Positions 46,764 to 59,228 of a stretch of 64,000 bases of DNA are shown piece after piece. The position numbers and the translations under genes were made by a program. Within the stretch, counting starts at the first letter, position 1. Each line of letters starts with the position of its first letter. The DNA is from Octopus bimaculoides (Eukaryota), in NCBI RefSeq assembly GCF_001194135.2, contig NC_068995.1, positions 13,838,508-13,902,507 on the forward strand, given 5' to 3'. The notes under the pieces were generated by a model. It saw only the letters and a list, made by a program, of their open reading frames with translations, was not told where the DNA came from and did no database searches.

Positions 46764-47665
46764 NNNNNNNNNNNNNNNNNNNNNNNNNNNNNNNNNNNNN
46801 NNNNNNNNNNNNNNNNNNNNNNNNNNNNNNNNNNNNNNNNNNNNNNNNNNNNNNNNNNNNNNNNNNNNNNNNNNNNNNNNNNNNNNNNNNNNNNNNNNNN
46901 NNNNNNNNNNNNNNNNNNNNNNNNNNNNNNNNNNNNNNNNNNNNNNNNNNNNNNNNNNNNNNNNNNNNNNNNNNNNNNNNNNNNNNNNNNNNNNNNNNNN
47001 NNNNNNNNNNNNNNNNNNNNNNNNNNNNNNNNNNNNNNNNNNNNNNNNNNNNNNNNNNNNNNNNNNNNNNNNNNNNNNNNNNNNNNNNNNNNNNNNNNNN
47101 NNNNNNNNNNNNNNNNNNNNNNNNNNNNNNNNNNNNNNNNNNNNNNNNNNNNNNNNNNNNNNNNNNNNNNNNNNNNNNNNNNNNNNNNNNNNNNNNNNNN
47201 NNNNNNNNNNNNNNNNNNNNNNNNNNNNNNNNNNNNNNNNNNNNNNNNNNNNNNNNNNNNNNNNNNNNNNNNNNNNNNNNNNNNNNNNNNNNNNNNNNNN
47301 NNNNNNNNNNNNNNNNNNNNNNNNNNNNNNNNNNNNNNNNNNNNNNNNNNNNNNNNNNNNNNNNNNNNNNNNNNNNNNNNNNNNNNNNNNNNNNNNNNNN
47401 NNNNNNNNNNNNNNNNNNNNNNNNNNNNNNNNNNNNNNNNNNNNNNNNNNNNNNNNNNNNNNNNNNNNNNNNNNNNNNNNNNNNNNNNNNNNNNNNNNNN
47501 NNNNNNNNNNNNNNNNNNNNNNNNNNNNNNNNNNNNNNNNNNNNNNNNNNNNNNNNNNNNNNNNNNNNNNNNNNNNNNNNNNNNNNNNNNNNNNNNNNNN
47601 NNNNNNNNNNNNNNNNNNNNNNNNNNNNNNNNNNNNNNNNNNNNNNNNNNNNNNNNNNNNNNNNN
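46764..47665. other. Assembly gap
   Basis: N run. Confidence 1.
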
Positions 47666-47972
47666 GTTTCGATTCCCAGACCGGGCGTTGTGAGTGTTTA
47701 TTGAGCGAAAACACCTTAAAGCTCCACGAGGCGAACCTTGCTGTACTCTCTCACCACAACTTTCTCTCACTCTTACTTCCTGTTTCTGTTGTACCTGTAT
47801 TTCAAAGGGCCAGCCTTGTCACACTCTGTGTCACGCTGAATCTCCCCGAGAACTACATTAAGGGTACACGTATCTGTGGAGTGCTCAGCCACTTGCACGT
47901 TAATTTCATGAGCAGGCTGTTCCGTTGATCGGATCAACTGGAACCCTCGACGTCGTAAGCGACTGAGTGCCA
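47666..47972 (+). mobile_element. SINE with family-C tail and a different head (C3)
   Basis: Head GTTTCGATTCCCAGACCGGGCGTTGTGAGTG...GCTCCACGAGGC joins the C tail at GTACCTGTATTTCAAAGGGCCAGCC. Confidence 0.8.
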
Positions 47973-48129
47973 ACATATTTTCTTAGATGAATTATCAATG
48001 CAGGAATTTTTACTAGTTTTCTTGACTATTAACGCCTTCTGTTGAGTTTTCAGCTTTCATATATTATTTCAATCCCTCTTAGTTTCTATTGTCTTTACGT
48101 GTCCAATTTCTCTGTCCAGTTCATGGCTT

Positions 48130-48630
48130 TCCTTATCACCATCGCTATCTTTGCTGCCAGCACCACTGCGTCCATTATCAGTTGCAAGCACTATAACTGG
48201 CATTATCTCTGCCAGTAGCACCATCACACCACCATTATCATTACCTACATTATCAATTCCAGCTCCACAGCTAGTATTATCACTGCTAGCATCATCATCA
48301 TCATCATCATCATGATCACCACAACCACTGTCGTCTTCATCACCATCATCATTATTACCACCAGTATCATCGTCATCATTAGCAGCAGCATCACTAAGCA
48401 CCACTGCCTTTCATTATCACTGCCAGCACCAAAAGCGCCACCACCACCACCAACACCACTCTTATCACTAGCATCACCCCCACCACCACCACCACCACCA
48501 CCACCACCACCTCGTTCAGTATCAATGCTAACACTATTATTATCATTGCTACCACAATCATCATCAGCATTGCAGCGCCCTCATCATCATCATCATAACT
48601 ACTGCCTGCACCTACATCACCATCAATGCC
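48130..48630. repeat. Degenerate (CAT)n/(CAC)n/(CAG)n low-complexity tract
   Basis: Direct reading; source of the poly-D, poly-P and poly-H ORFs. Confidence 0.85.
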
Positions 48631-48949
48631 TCATTCCTGTGCTGGCATTATCTAAATAGGTCTGTAATCGAGCTGCCTCCACACATTTCAACCATTATCA
48701 TTGGTGTACCCTGTATCAGTGCTATTTCCACATATTCATCTATACGTATCAGTTGGTTGGCTTTGAGCTTGAACCTTTTATTTTCAATAGTCTACCTACC
48801 TACCTACTTATACTAATGCTACAGTACTACAGTTATAACCTAGCAGTAAACAGATTTTAAGTTCACACGTGTGTGTGCGTGTGTGTGTGTGCGTGCGTGC
48901 GTGCATGTGCGTGCGAGAGTGCGTGCGTGCGTGCGTGTGTGTGTGTATG

Positions 48950-49190
48950 CAGGTGTGATTGCATGGTTATGAAATTTACTTCCTAACCATGTGGTCTTGG
49001 CTTCACATACAAGTGTTGTTCAGTTCCAGTCATCCATGGCGGGTAAAGTTTCCCTGCTTGGAAATAGGTGAGCATTGACAACAGGAAGGGTATCTAGTTG
49101 CAGAAAATTTGTCTCTACAAATTCTGTCTTCTTAGCTGTGCAAGCATGGAAAAGAGGACGTTCAATGATGATGATGATGATGATGATGAT
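48950..49190 (+). mobile_element. SINE family A with A2 tail, internally deleted
   Basis: GCAGGTGTGATTGCATGGTTA...CCTAACCATGTGG; tail ACAGGAAGGGTATCTAG...GCAAGCATGGAAAAGAGGACGTTCAATGATGATG. Confidence 0.75.
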
Positions 49191-50269
49191 CGTGTGTGTA
49201 TGTGCATACGTACATGTATGTATTTTAGTAAGAATCTCTGGGTGAACAAAGTGATTCATCACCTTCAAATGAGTAGCTGGTTTCATGTTTCTTATTTCAA
49301 ATCTTATTAGAAAAAAACTTTGGTTTTTATATGCGCAGGGTCAGTAAAATATGTATTTGTTGTTCAGCTCTGGGTCAAACCAGCTTAAGCCAGTCCATGA
49401 TGAAAGGAATTACAGATTTGGCAAGCTAATCTCCCTTTTTTTCCCTTATTTAGTGCACTCCAGACTACATATTCATGGCTGTGTGGTTAAGAAGTTTGCC
49501 TCTTCCCAACCATAAAGCTTCAGGTTCAATCACACTGTCTGGCACCCTCATATTAAGGAAGCATTGCAGTCCTGGAAACTTTGCCGTAACATGGAACTGC
49601 ATAACCTGAAATGTATTTCCTCAATGATGTCCGTGTTCATTGACTGTGACATGAAGGTTGAGGTGAAAATAACTTTTGTGTTATGGAATTTCACATCACA
49701 GCAAAATTTAACCAGAATCCAAGGCTTCTGTAATGCAAGAAATATTTGTACTTATCAATCCTGGGAGGGTGACAGCAACATTGATCTCGGCAGGATTTGA
49801 GCTTGGGATGTAAAGGAATGCTGCTCCAGTACTGGGAAGCGTTTTGTCTGTTGCACTATCGATTCTGCTAATAACTTACCTTCGGAACATTTTGTCTGTT
49901 TTTCTACTGATACTGGCTATCACCTGCCTTTTATACAAATATTTCATTGTATGTGTTACAGTGCTACTGTTTAGTGGTTAAATATGTTTCTTGTAGTCCA
50001 GTAACTTCTTTTTTTAAAGAATTTTGCTAAATATGAAAACAGCTGCTATGATTTGAGTGTCAGCTTTCATGTATAGCTTGGAATATATTTACAATCTGAA
50101 TATCTTTTATTATTATTATCACATGTAGGACAGATCCGGCTATTGGCTGAATCCATTGTGAAGATTATCCTGCTTCCTTCCTATTTGGTTGGGAAGGTCA
50201 GGCAGTGTTTGTCTGGTAATCTTAGCAAAAGAGGTTGTGTGGTGGACCAGATTGAAAAGGCTGAAGACT

Positions 50270-50918
50270 GATGGCGTTTCTGAGTTGAAATTTCACTGAG
50301 GCTGACCGAGCTTTTCATCCTTTTAGCATTGATAAAAATAAGTTCCAGTCAAGTACTCAGTTCAATGTAATTAACTTCTCCCTCCCCTCAAAAACTGCTG
50401 GCTCTGTGCAAAAGTTTGAAACCATCATTATCACTATTAAGGTGGCGAGCTGGCAGAATCATTAGCACATTGGACGAAATGCTCAGCGGTATTTTGCCCG
50501 TTGCTACGTTGTGAGTTCAAATTCCACCGAGGTCGACTTTGCCTTTCATCCTTTCAGGGTAGATGAAATAAGTACCAGTTGTGTACTGAGGTTGATAACA
50601 TCGACCACTCCACTGAAATTTCAGGCCTTTGTGCCTAAAGGATTATTATATATTAAGGTGGTGATGATGATGATGATGATGAAGGTGGTGAGCTGGTAGA
50701 ACTGTTGCTGCAAAAAATGCTTAGTGGCATTTCAGCTATCTTAACATCCTGAGTTCAAATTCTGCCGAGGTCAACTTTACCTTTCATCTTTTCAGGGTCG
50801 ATAAAATAGTACCATTTGTGTACTGGGGTCAATGTAATTGACTATCCCCCCCAAAAAAATTTCAGGCCTTGTGTTTATAGTAGAAAGGATTATTATTATT
50901 ATTATTATTATTATTATA
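50270..50918 (+). mobile_element. Head-to-tail array of three family-B SINEs
   Basis: Units at about 50270, 50438 (AAGGTGGCGAGCTGGCAGAATC) and 50682 (AAGGTGGTGAGCTGGTAG), with short ATT/ATG spacers. Confidence 0.88.
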
Positions 50919-51529
50919 CATGTAAATAAAACTGGTCAAAATAATGCTGAATTTGTTAATAAAATATGAAACAAAATACACAAGTGTCACTTTTAAAACA
51001 ATGATTACATTTGTTAGCCAGCTGCTTTTTATTTATTTATTTATTATTATTATTTTTTTTTTTTTTGCATAATCACTTAAGTCTTACTTTTCAAATTCTG
51101 CTTATTTTGTGAGATTTAGACATAGTTTTAATTTTCGTTAGTGCAGGAACATTCCTCCTCAAACAAGATCACAGTCGATACTGATATATGTCAAGCAACT
51201 AAGATTTATCGGCGGTGATTGCCACTTTCTGGCATTGTCTTGTATCATTGGTTTAGATAGTTGGTGGTTAACTCTCTGTGCCCGAGAAAGGCCATGAAGC
51301 TCTCAAGTGACACCTCTGTCATTGTTGTGCAATTATAATTTACTTTTACAGCCATTTAGTTTTTCCATGTGTGTGTGTGTGTGCATGTAGTCTAGACATC
51401 ATGTGATAGTTGTAAATGAGTGCCATTGTTATACAAGTGAGGTTGTTTGTTTCCAGTCTTCTGTGAGAAATGGTCTAATTATGAGGAAGATACATACATA
51501 TATATATATATGATGCTGGAATTATGTAA

Positions 51530-51713
51530 CTGGCACCTTTGCTGGTGACACATAAAGAGCACCCACTACACTCTTGGAGTAGTTGGTGTTAGGAAGGACA
51601 TCCAATTGTAGAAACCATGCCAAATTAGATTGGAACCTAGTTCAGCTTACCAGTTTTCAGTCAAACCATCCAACCTATGCCAGCATGGAAAACGGATGTT
51701 AAATGATGATGTA
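51530..51713 (+). mobile_element. Family D element
   Basis: GAGCACCCACTACACTC...TTAGGAAGGACATCCAATTGTAGAAACCATGCCAAA...CCAGCATGGAAAACGGATGTTAAATGATGATG. Confidence 0.8.
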
Positions 51714-52394
51714 TGGGTGTGTGATGACAAGCTTGTTTTGTAAATCCACTCACAAACCCTTGGTCAAATCTGAGGTTGTAGTAGAAGACAACTAATTACC
51801 CAAGGTTTCAAAAATACTATGTATGTGTGCATGTATGTGTTAGTGTATCTTGATGAAAAGCATACATGTTAGTATGAAAACTAATAAATTATAAAATAGA
51901 GTGGAACTGACATTGACTACAGCATGTGGTGGTAGCATTAGTGCATTATCTTGCTGAGCTGGTTTCAATTCCTCTTGTAGTAAAAGCTATTTGCAATAAT
52001 TCAGTCTCATTTTCTCTTCCAGAGTAAGATCTGTGTCTCATCTACTTACGGCTCTAGAAATCCTTGTAACCTTTTAATAAAGAACAGAACAAAACAAAAA
52101 AAAAAAAAAACGTCGGGGTGGAAACAAGCGTTATGAGAAAATATAAAACAAAATGTCAAGTGCCAAGTTAAGTGCATTACAATATAGAATATTGTCCCTT
52201 TATGTTCTAAGTTCAAATCCTTCCAGTTTCAATATAATAAAATGCCAGTCAGTGGTATAGTGGACTCAAGAGGTTACGAAGGTGATTAAAATGTTCTTAT
52301 ATACTCACTTGATATTATTTTCTCATATGTCATTTTGTAATGGAAGCTACACTTTAGTTTGTTAAGGAAATGTATGTGTGTGTTCTTGAAATAT

Positions 52395-52630
52395 TGTTTC
52401 ATTCAGTGGACTGTGGCCATGCTGGGGCACATCTTTGAAGGGTTTTAGTTGAAAAAATTGATTCCAGTACTTATGTTTTTTTCTTTTTTTTTTTAAATCT
52501 GGTCCTTCCTCAACCTCATGGTTCTGCTTTCAGTCTTACTGTGTGATACCAAGGGCAAATATCTTCTGTTATAGCCTCTTGCTAACCAAAGCCTTGAGTG
52601 GTTTTGGTAGATGGAAACTGAAAGAAGCCC

Positions 52631-52681
<51 letters not shown>

Positions 52682-53098
52682 TTATTGTGTGTGTGTGTGT
52701 GCATGTATGTGTCTTTGTGCCTGTGTTTGTCTCCCTCACCTACTCAACAACCAGTGTTGGTGAGTTTACGTCCCTGTAACTTAGTTTGGCAAAAATGACT
52801 GATAGAATAAGTATCAGGTTTTATAAAAAAAGAAAAAAATAAGTACTTAGGTTGATATTTGTTCAACTAAAATTCAAGTTGGTGCCCCAGCATGGTCACT
52901 GTCTAATGACTGGAACATGTAAAAGAAATAAAAAGTAAAAAATATGACTGGCTTCCATGCAATTTCTGTCTACCGAGTTCACTCACAGGTCATTAGTTTG
53001 CCTAGTGCTATAGAAGACACCTTTCCCAAGGTGGCACATAGTGGGACTGAACCTGAAACCACGTTGTTGATAAACCAGCTTCTTAACCACTCAGCCTT
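52395..53098. mobile_element. Nested family-A SINEs: + copy (about 52505-52935) inside a - copy (tail 52395-52500, head 52944-53098)
   Basis: Order on the + strand is inverted tail, full forward element, inverted core and head. Confidence 0.75.
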
Positions 53099-53472
53099 AT
53101 TTGAGAAGCAAAAGAAAACAAACTTCTGAAATAATTATTTTAATACTATAATATTGTAATATGGGAATTTGTGTCTATTTCTAGAACAGGGAAGAAAACA
53201 AAAGTAGAGCTTTCAGTTTTTAACCATCTCGTAATGTTTTTTGCTCACCACCCCCTGCCATGTATTTTTCTCCATGGGGGGTATGGGTTAAATGAGAATT
53301 TGAAGCAATGTTCTGTGGTTAGGTACTTTTCCTGTCATCAACCTTTACCTGTTTTACTGGTTAGGCATTTTCTGTTCCAATAGTTGGTCATCTGTTGCTC
53401 AGTGTCAAGCAAAAATATGCTGAAAGTAAACAGGTGTGAGCATACACACATACGCACACAATCACTCATATG

Positions 53473-53960
53473 CACTCACTCACTAACACACACTCACTCA
53501 CTAACACACACTCACTCACTAACACACACTCACTCACTAACACACACACACTCACTCACTAACACACACTCACTCACTAACACACACTCACTCNNNNNNN
53601 NNNNNNNNNNNNNNNNNNNNNNNNNNNNNNNNNNNNNNNNNNNNNNNNNNNNNNNNNNNNNNNNNNNNNNNNNNNNNNNNNNNNNNNNNNNNNNNNNNNN
53701 NNNNNNNNNNNNNNNNNNNNNNNNNNNNNNNNNNNNNNNNNNNNNNNNNNNNNNNNNNNNNNNNNNNNNNNNNNNNNNNNNNNNNNNNNNNNNNNNNNNN
53801 NNNNNNNNNNNNNNNNNNNNACACACACACACGTTCACTCACTAACACACACACACGTTCACTCACTAACACACACACACGTTCACTCACTAACACACAC
53901 ACACGCTCACTCACTAACACACACACACGTTCACTCACTAACACACACACACGCTCACTC
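53473..53960. repeat. CTCACTAACACA-based minisatellite spanning gap 53594-53820
   Basis: About 18-bp units CTCACTCACTAACACACA left of the gap; about 24-bp units CG(T/C)TCACTCACTAACACACACACA right of it. Confidence 0.9.
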
Positions 53961-55069
53961 AGATATACACGCATGTGTGCACATGCACGCATGTTCCCAT
54001 GCACACACACTCACACACACCTGATGGGTTTCTGAATAGTTTCTGTCAACTAATTGCATGCACAGGCCATCGATCAGTGTGAGAGTATTGGTGAGCTGCA
54101 GACCAACTGTTACTGATCACTGTACAATATTGGGCTACCACAAGTTTGAATGTTTTGAGTTCAGATATACTGCTACTGTTTCATTATGTATTTAGGTTGC
54201 AGAGCTATGTGTATATTTCTCTATTCTTCCTACTAGTCTTTGGGGGCCCTTAAAAAAAATAAAGGATTATGGGAGATGCCCTTCCCTTCTAAATGGTAAA
54301 AAAAAATAACATTTGGGGTTGATTGTGATAGAATAACATTCTTCCCCCTTCTGTATAAGGTGTCACTAGTTCACAGGGAAATCAGTCTCGAATGTGGCAT
54401 AATGGTTAACCAGCAGTTATTATGTTTGACTAAATTTTTGTTCACCTTAGCCAGCTGTTATTTGAGTAATTAGTGAAAAGTAGAGGATTTATGTAATTAT
54501 TTGTGAGAGTAATACCTGTAACTCTAATATTAAGACTGTTAATTACTAAATGAGTAATATAATTGATGAAGCTTTTATATATGTATGTTAATGATGTCAT
54601 TATCCTTCCTCTCCAACTTTTGGAGAACAATTGGATTGATCTATTAGTCTATCACATTAAAGTGCTTGTAGGCTGAAAGGATTGACCTCTCCAAAGAATA
54701 TGTATATTTTTCTGTGTCTGTTCAAATTCTAATGTTGTAATTTAGAGTACTAGAATTATTATTATTATTACTTATTTTATCTTACAAAATTGGTTCTGTC
54801 ATCTTCATACCTTGTACAAGAAATGTTTGATTACAGTGGAGCACCTGCTTTTCTATTTCTTATAGAAGAGACAGGTTCTGCTGGTGAGGAAATCCATGGT
54901 GGTCTCTGCATTTTCTGATGCTGATGCACCTGCAGAAATAACTGAACCACTGCAACAGTGATGATGCTTATGAAAACAAGGCTAAAGTGGCATGAGCATC
55001 TTTCATGTAATAGCCTGTCTCCTTAGCTGAGGTGCAAGCACGGGTCAAGTGTAAACCAAGGTAGACCAT

Positions 55070-55175
55070 TTAGCATCGTCAGTCTTATGTTTTGAGTTCA
55101 AATCCTGCTGAGATCACCTTTGCCTTTCATCCTTTTGGGGTTGATCAAATAAATGCCAATTGAACACTGGGGTCA
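55070..55175 (+). mobile_element. SINE family B fragment
   Basis: TTTGAGTTCAAATCCTGCTGAG...CTTTGCCTTTCATCCTTTTGGGGTTGAT. Confidence 0.75.
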
Positions 55176-55830
55176 ATGTACTGTATTTTAATGTATATAA
55201 GAAACCCTTTTTTGTCAAAACTTAGGTTAAACTATGGGAGTTTCTTGTGCATGGATAGTATTCCCTTACAAAACCATTTTCCAAATTTTAAGCCCAAAAT
55301 GTTAAGGGGTTCCTTATACATGTTAAAATATGGTAAACTTCCCCCAAATTTCAGGCCTTGTGCTTATAGGAGGATGACTATTAAGGCTGTGAGCTGGCAG
55401 TATTGTTAGCATGCTGGACAAAATATTTAGTAGCATATCGTCCATCATATAATCTGTTTTACGGATGAGAGAAAGAAAGAAAGAAAAAACTCCTGTTGTT
55501 AACAGAGGTAGTAATTCTTGGAACTTTTACCATCTTGTCTTTTCTTGAAAAACAGGTAATGGTTAGCAATAGTAAGGGCATCAGATTGTAAAAAACAGAT
55601 AATGCCTCAATAATGTCTACCTCCAATATATGTTAGGATAATAAAAATGGATATTGAGCAAACAAAATTAATATGCTCTCATTACTATGTTTTCGCAGTA
55701 ACTGCCACTTCTGTTTAATTAGGTTACCTAGGAAACAAAAGCTGTCAACTACTGCAAGCAAGCCTTCTGGGTGGTTTTACTTTTTTTTTTTTTTTTTTTT
55801 AACCATATTTATCATGGAATATGCTGCCTT

Positions 55831-56113
55831 TGTGAAGGCTTGTGGCTTAGTGGTTAGGAGTCAGGTTGTGAGTTTGATTCCATGTGGCATGTTGTGTCGT
55901 TTGTGTCCTTGAGCAAGATACATATTTCATGTTGCTTCCAGTTTACTCCAAGTACAACTTGAAATATAAGTTGTATTTGTATTTCCAAGGGTCAGCCTTG
56001 TCACATTCTGTGTTGTGCTGAATCTCCTTGAGAACGACATTGGGGGTATGCATGTACGTGGAGTGCTTTGCCATTTGCATGTTAATTTCATAAGCAGACT
56101 GTTCCGTTGATCA
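55831..56113 (+). mobile_element. SINE family C (degenerate)
   Basis: GAAGGCTTGTGGCTTAGTGGTTAGG...CCTTGAGCAAGATAC...TGTATTTCCAAGGGTCAGCCTTGTCAC...GCAGACTGTTCCGTTGATC. Confidence 0.82.
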
Positions 56114-56120
56114 AAACTGC

Positions 56121-56270
56121 CACTGTTCTTTGTTTCAATTAATTTGTCAGTTATTAAGCTGGTGTTTGGAACATAAATTAACATAAAGTGATCTAAATTG
56201 AATCCTATCAAACTTTTAAAATGGGAAGTTTCTATCATAGAACCAAGGGTGTTTTCAGGTGGATTAAAGA
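56121..56270 (+). mobile_element. Internal fragment of PB2 MITE
   Basis: TGTTTCAATTAATTT...TTATTAAGCTGGTGTTTGGAACATA...TATCATAGAACC matches 19025-19175. Confidence 0.6.
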
Positions 56271-56444
56271 TTCCGTTTTATGAATGGTGCTTTTATTTGC
56301 CAATTACTGTTAACAAAAAATTCTGGTGATTTAAAAAATTGTTGTATATTAAGTTCCTCTGTTGTTCTGAGATTCTTTTAAGAGAATGACTTGGGGAAGG
56401 TGGCAGGGAAACATGCAAGAATTCTTCTTATATCTTATATCGTT

Positions 56445-56815
56445 TGCTTGTTTGTCATTCGACTGTGGCTATGCTGGGGCACTGCCTTAAAGAGTCTTTA
56501 GTTGAATTAACCCCTGTACTTTTTTGTTAAGCCTAGTACTTATTTTGTCGGGTTATTTTGGTGAACCACTAAGTTATCGGGATATAAACAAACCAACACC
56601 ATTTGTCAAGTGATGATGGGGGAACTGCACGCACGCGCGTACACACATACATACAGTGGGCTTATTTTCTGTTTCTGTCTACTAAATCCACTTGCAAGTC
56701 TTTAGTTGGCCTGAGGTTATAATTGAAGACACTTGCCCAAAGTGCCACACTGTGGGACTGAACCTGGCACTGTGTTCTTGGGAAGCTAACTTCTGACTAC
56801 GCAGTCACATCTCTG
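56445..56815 (-). mobile_element. SINE family A (A1)
   Basis: GACTGTGGCTATGCTGGGGCACTGCC...AAGCCTAGTACTTATT...GAAGACACTTGCCCAAAGTGCCACACTGTGGGACTGAACC. Confidence 0.85.
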
Positions 56816-56932
56816 CCTTTGAAAACTTTGTGAAGCGACACTAGAATATTTGATGTAGTAAGCCCCTAGAAACTGAAATTGAAATTGCAATCATATTGAT
56901 GAGAAAAATCATTTTATGACGAATTCTGATAA

Positions 56933-56933
<1 letters not shown>

Positions 56934-56968
<35 letters not shown>
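56934..56968 (+). repeat. Poly(A) tract (35 nt)
   Basis: Direct reading. Confidence 0.95.
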
Positions 56969-56970
<2 letters not shown>

Positions 56971-57399
56971 AAGCAAGGGAGACAACCTTGAAATGTTAAT
57001 TAACATTTAATATAAAACACTTCTTTCTGAAATGAGTCTAATCTTAAACAGTATGGGAACAATCCCAGACATATTCTGATCTTCTTTGCTTTCCTCAACC
57101 AAATATAGTGTAGGTATTAAAATGTATTCTTTAACTTTGTTTGGTGTTTTATGTTTTAAACTGTTTTACACTCATTTATCTATGTTGATATGGATGGGAT
57201 TGTTTTATAGACATTTAAAACTTTGTATACCCTGAGCAAGAAATGTTTCTAAGGTGGATGTTTTTTGTCAGTGCTATTGTATTTTCCAACTTACCTTCTT
57301 AAAAAGAAAAAAAAGAGTTATGTACCTTGGCAAGGGATGTGTCGTGCTGGTTTTGAAACTAGCACTTAACACTACTGAAGTTTATTCTGGCAGAAACTA

Positions 57400-57560
57400 A
57401 TGGAGATTTTATGCAATTGTTTGTTGACCTGCCAGAAATAGTAAGATCTTCCTCCAAATCATATTCTATTATTTTTGAAGGGGGAAAAACTTGCTGTATA
57501 ATGTAGTCGTCAATGATTAGAACCTTTGATCATATAGGTCTGCTTGAGCTGGGCTCATGA
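57400..57560 (+). mobile_element. Family E element
   Basis: GACCTGCCAGAAATAGTA...CCAAATCA...ACCTTTGATCATATAGGTCTGCTTGA. Confidence 0.6.
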
Positions 57561-57734
57561 AGGAGCCCACCACCATCATCATCATCATCATCATCATCTG
57601 ATGGTTTTAACTAAGATTTGAATTCCTGTTCTTGTTAGTAAGTAGCCCAGCACATATTTTGCCTCAGCTTAAGTGAAAGCGTGGTTGACCTTGCAACCCT
57701 TTCTAGCTGAGCATCCCTAATCTTGCGGATTTAT

Positions 57735-57935
57735 TAGTGCTGGTACCACGTGAAAAGTACCCATACCAGTGCCGCATAAAAGCTCCCAGTACACTCTATT
57801 AAGTGGTTGGTATTAGGAAGGGCATCCAGTCGTAGAAACCATGTCAAAACAGACACGGCGCCTGAACAGCCCTTCAGCTGGTCAAATCGTCCTGTCCATG
57901 CCAGCATGAAAAATGGATGTTAAATGATGATGATA
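57735..57935 (+). mobile_element. Family D element
   Basis: GCTGGTACCACGTGAAAAG...TTAGGAAGGGCATCCAGTCGTAGAAACCATG...CCATGCCAGCATGAAAAATGGATGTTAAATGATGATG. Confidence 0.85.
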
Positions 57936-58342
57936 TATGAGGATGATATTGATGATGATGGTGGTGATGATGAAGCTGTAACTTCTTAAATTGAAAAGCT
58001 CGGCATTGTTAAATATTCTTAAAGAATTACCTTTGTGATAATGTAATTTCGTTAATAAAATAATTTGATCTCAGTTACTGCTTCTAGTGCCTCATTGTTA
58101 TATATTTCTATCAGAAGAAAAGAAGAAAAAAAAAAAAAGAAAAGCCATTTTGTGTAATTAACACAATAGTTATTATTGATTAGATTGAGTTTAGCTTGAA
58201 GCTCTCCACATCAAGAATGAAAATAAATGTTAGCAGATCTGTCTTAAAAACAACAGTTTGCAGAGTATAAAGAGAAGTTGCTTGTTTTTATTGTCTTAAA
58301 ATAATAAGCAGCGTAGCTGCAGTTGTGGTTAACCAGATTAAG

Positions 58343-58528
58343 GTATGGCTGTGTGGTTAAGAAACTTGCTTTGTAACCATGTGGTTTTGGGTTCAGTCCC
58401 ACTATGCAGCCTCTTGGGCAACTGTCTTTTATTATATGCCTGGGTCACTCGATGTCTTGCTAGTGAATTTGATAGAAAAAAACCGTGTTGAAGCCCCAGT
58501 GTGTGTGTGTGTTTGTGTGTGTGTGTGT
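58343..58528 (+). mobile_element. SINE family A head, running through (TG)n into gap 58529-59228
   Basis: GGTATGGCTGTGTGGTTAAGAAACTTGC...GGGTTCAGTCCCACTATGC. Confidence 0.8.
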
Positions 58529-59228
58529 NNNNNNNNNNNNNNNNNNNNNNNNNNNNNNNNNNNNNNNNNNNNNNNNNNNNNNNNNNNNNNNNNNNNNNNN
58601 NNNNNNNNNNNNNNNNNNNNNNNNNNNNNNNNNNNNNNNNNNNNNNNNNNNNNNNNNNNNNNNNNNNNNNNNNNNNNNNNNNNNNNNNNNNNNNNNNNNN
58701 NNNNNNNNNNNNNNNNNNNNNNNNNNNNNNNNNNNNNNNNNNNNNNNNNNNNNNNNNNNNNNNNNNNNNNNNNNNNNNNNNNNNNNNNNNNNNNNNNNNN
58801 NNNNNNNNNNNNNNNNNNNNNNNNNNNNNNNNNNNNNNNNNNNNNNNNNNNNNNNNNNNNNNNNNNNNNNNNNNNNNNNNNNNNNNNNNNNNNNNNNNNN
58901 NNNNNNNNNNNNNNNNNNNNNNNNNNNNNNNNNNNNNNNNNNNNNNNNNNNNNNNNNNNNNNNNNNNNNNNNNNNNNNNNNNNNNNNNNNNNNNNNNNNN
59001 NNNNNNNNNNNNNNNNNNNNNNNNNNNNNNNNNNNNNNNNNNNNNNNNNNNNNNNNNNNNNNNNNNNNNNNNNNNNNNNNNNNNNNNNNNNNNNNNNNNN
59101 NNNNNNNNNNNNNNNNNNNNNNNNNNNNNNNNNNNNNNNNNNNNNNNNNNNNNNNNNNNNNNNNNNNNNNNNNNNNNNNNNNNNNNNNNNNNNNNNNNNN
59201 NNNNNNNNNNNNNNNNNNNNNNNNNNNN
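58529..59228. other. Assembly gap
   Basis: N run. Confidence 1.

Noticed and set aside
48069-48659. Asp/Gly-rich and Pro/His-rich ORFs on opposite strands
   Set aside because: Translations of a degenerate CAT/CAC trinucleotide tract; no splice or homology support.
56880-56968. Poly(A) tract as the tail of a processed pseudogene
   Set aside because: No upstream polyadenylation signal, ORF remnant or TSD identified.
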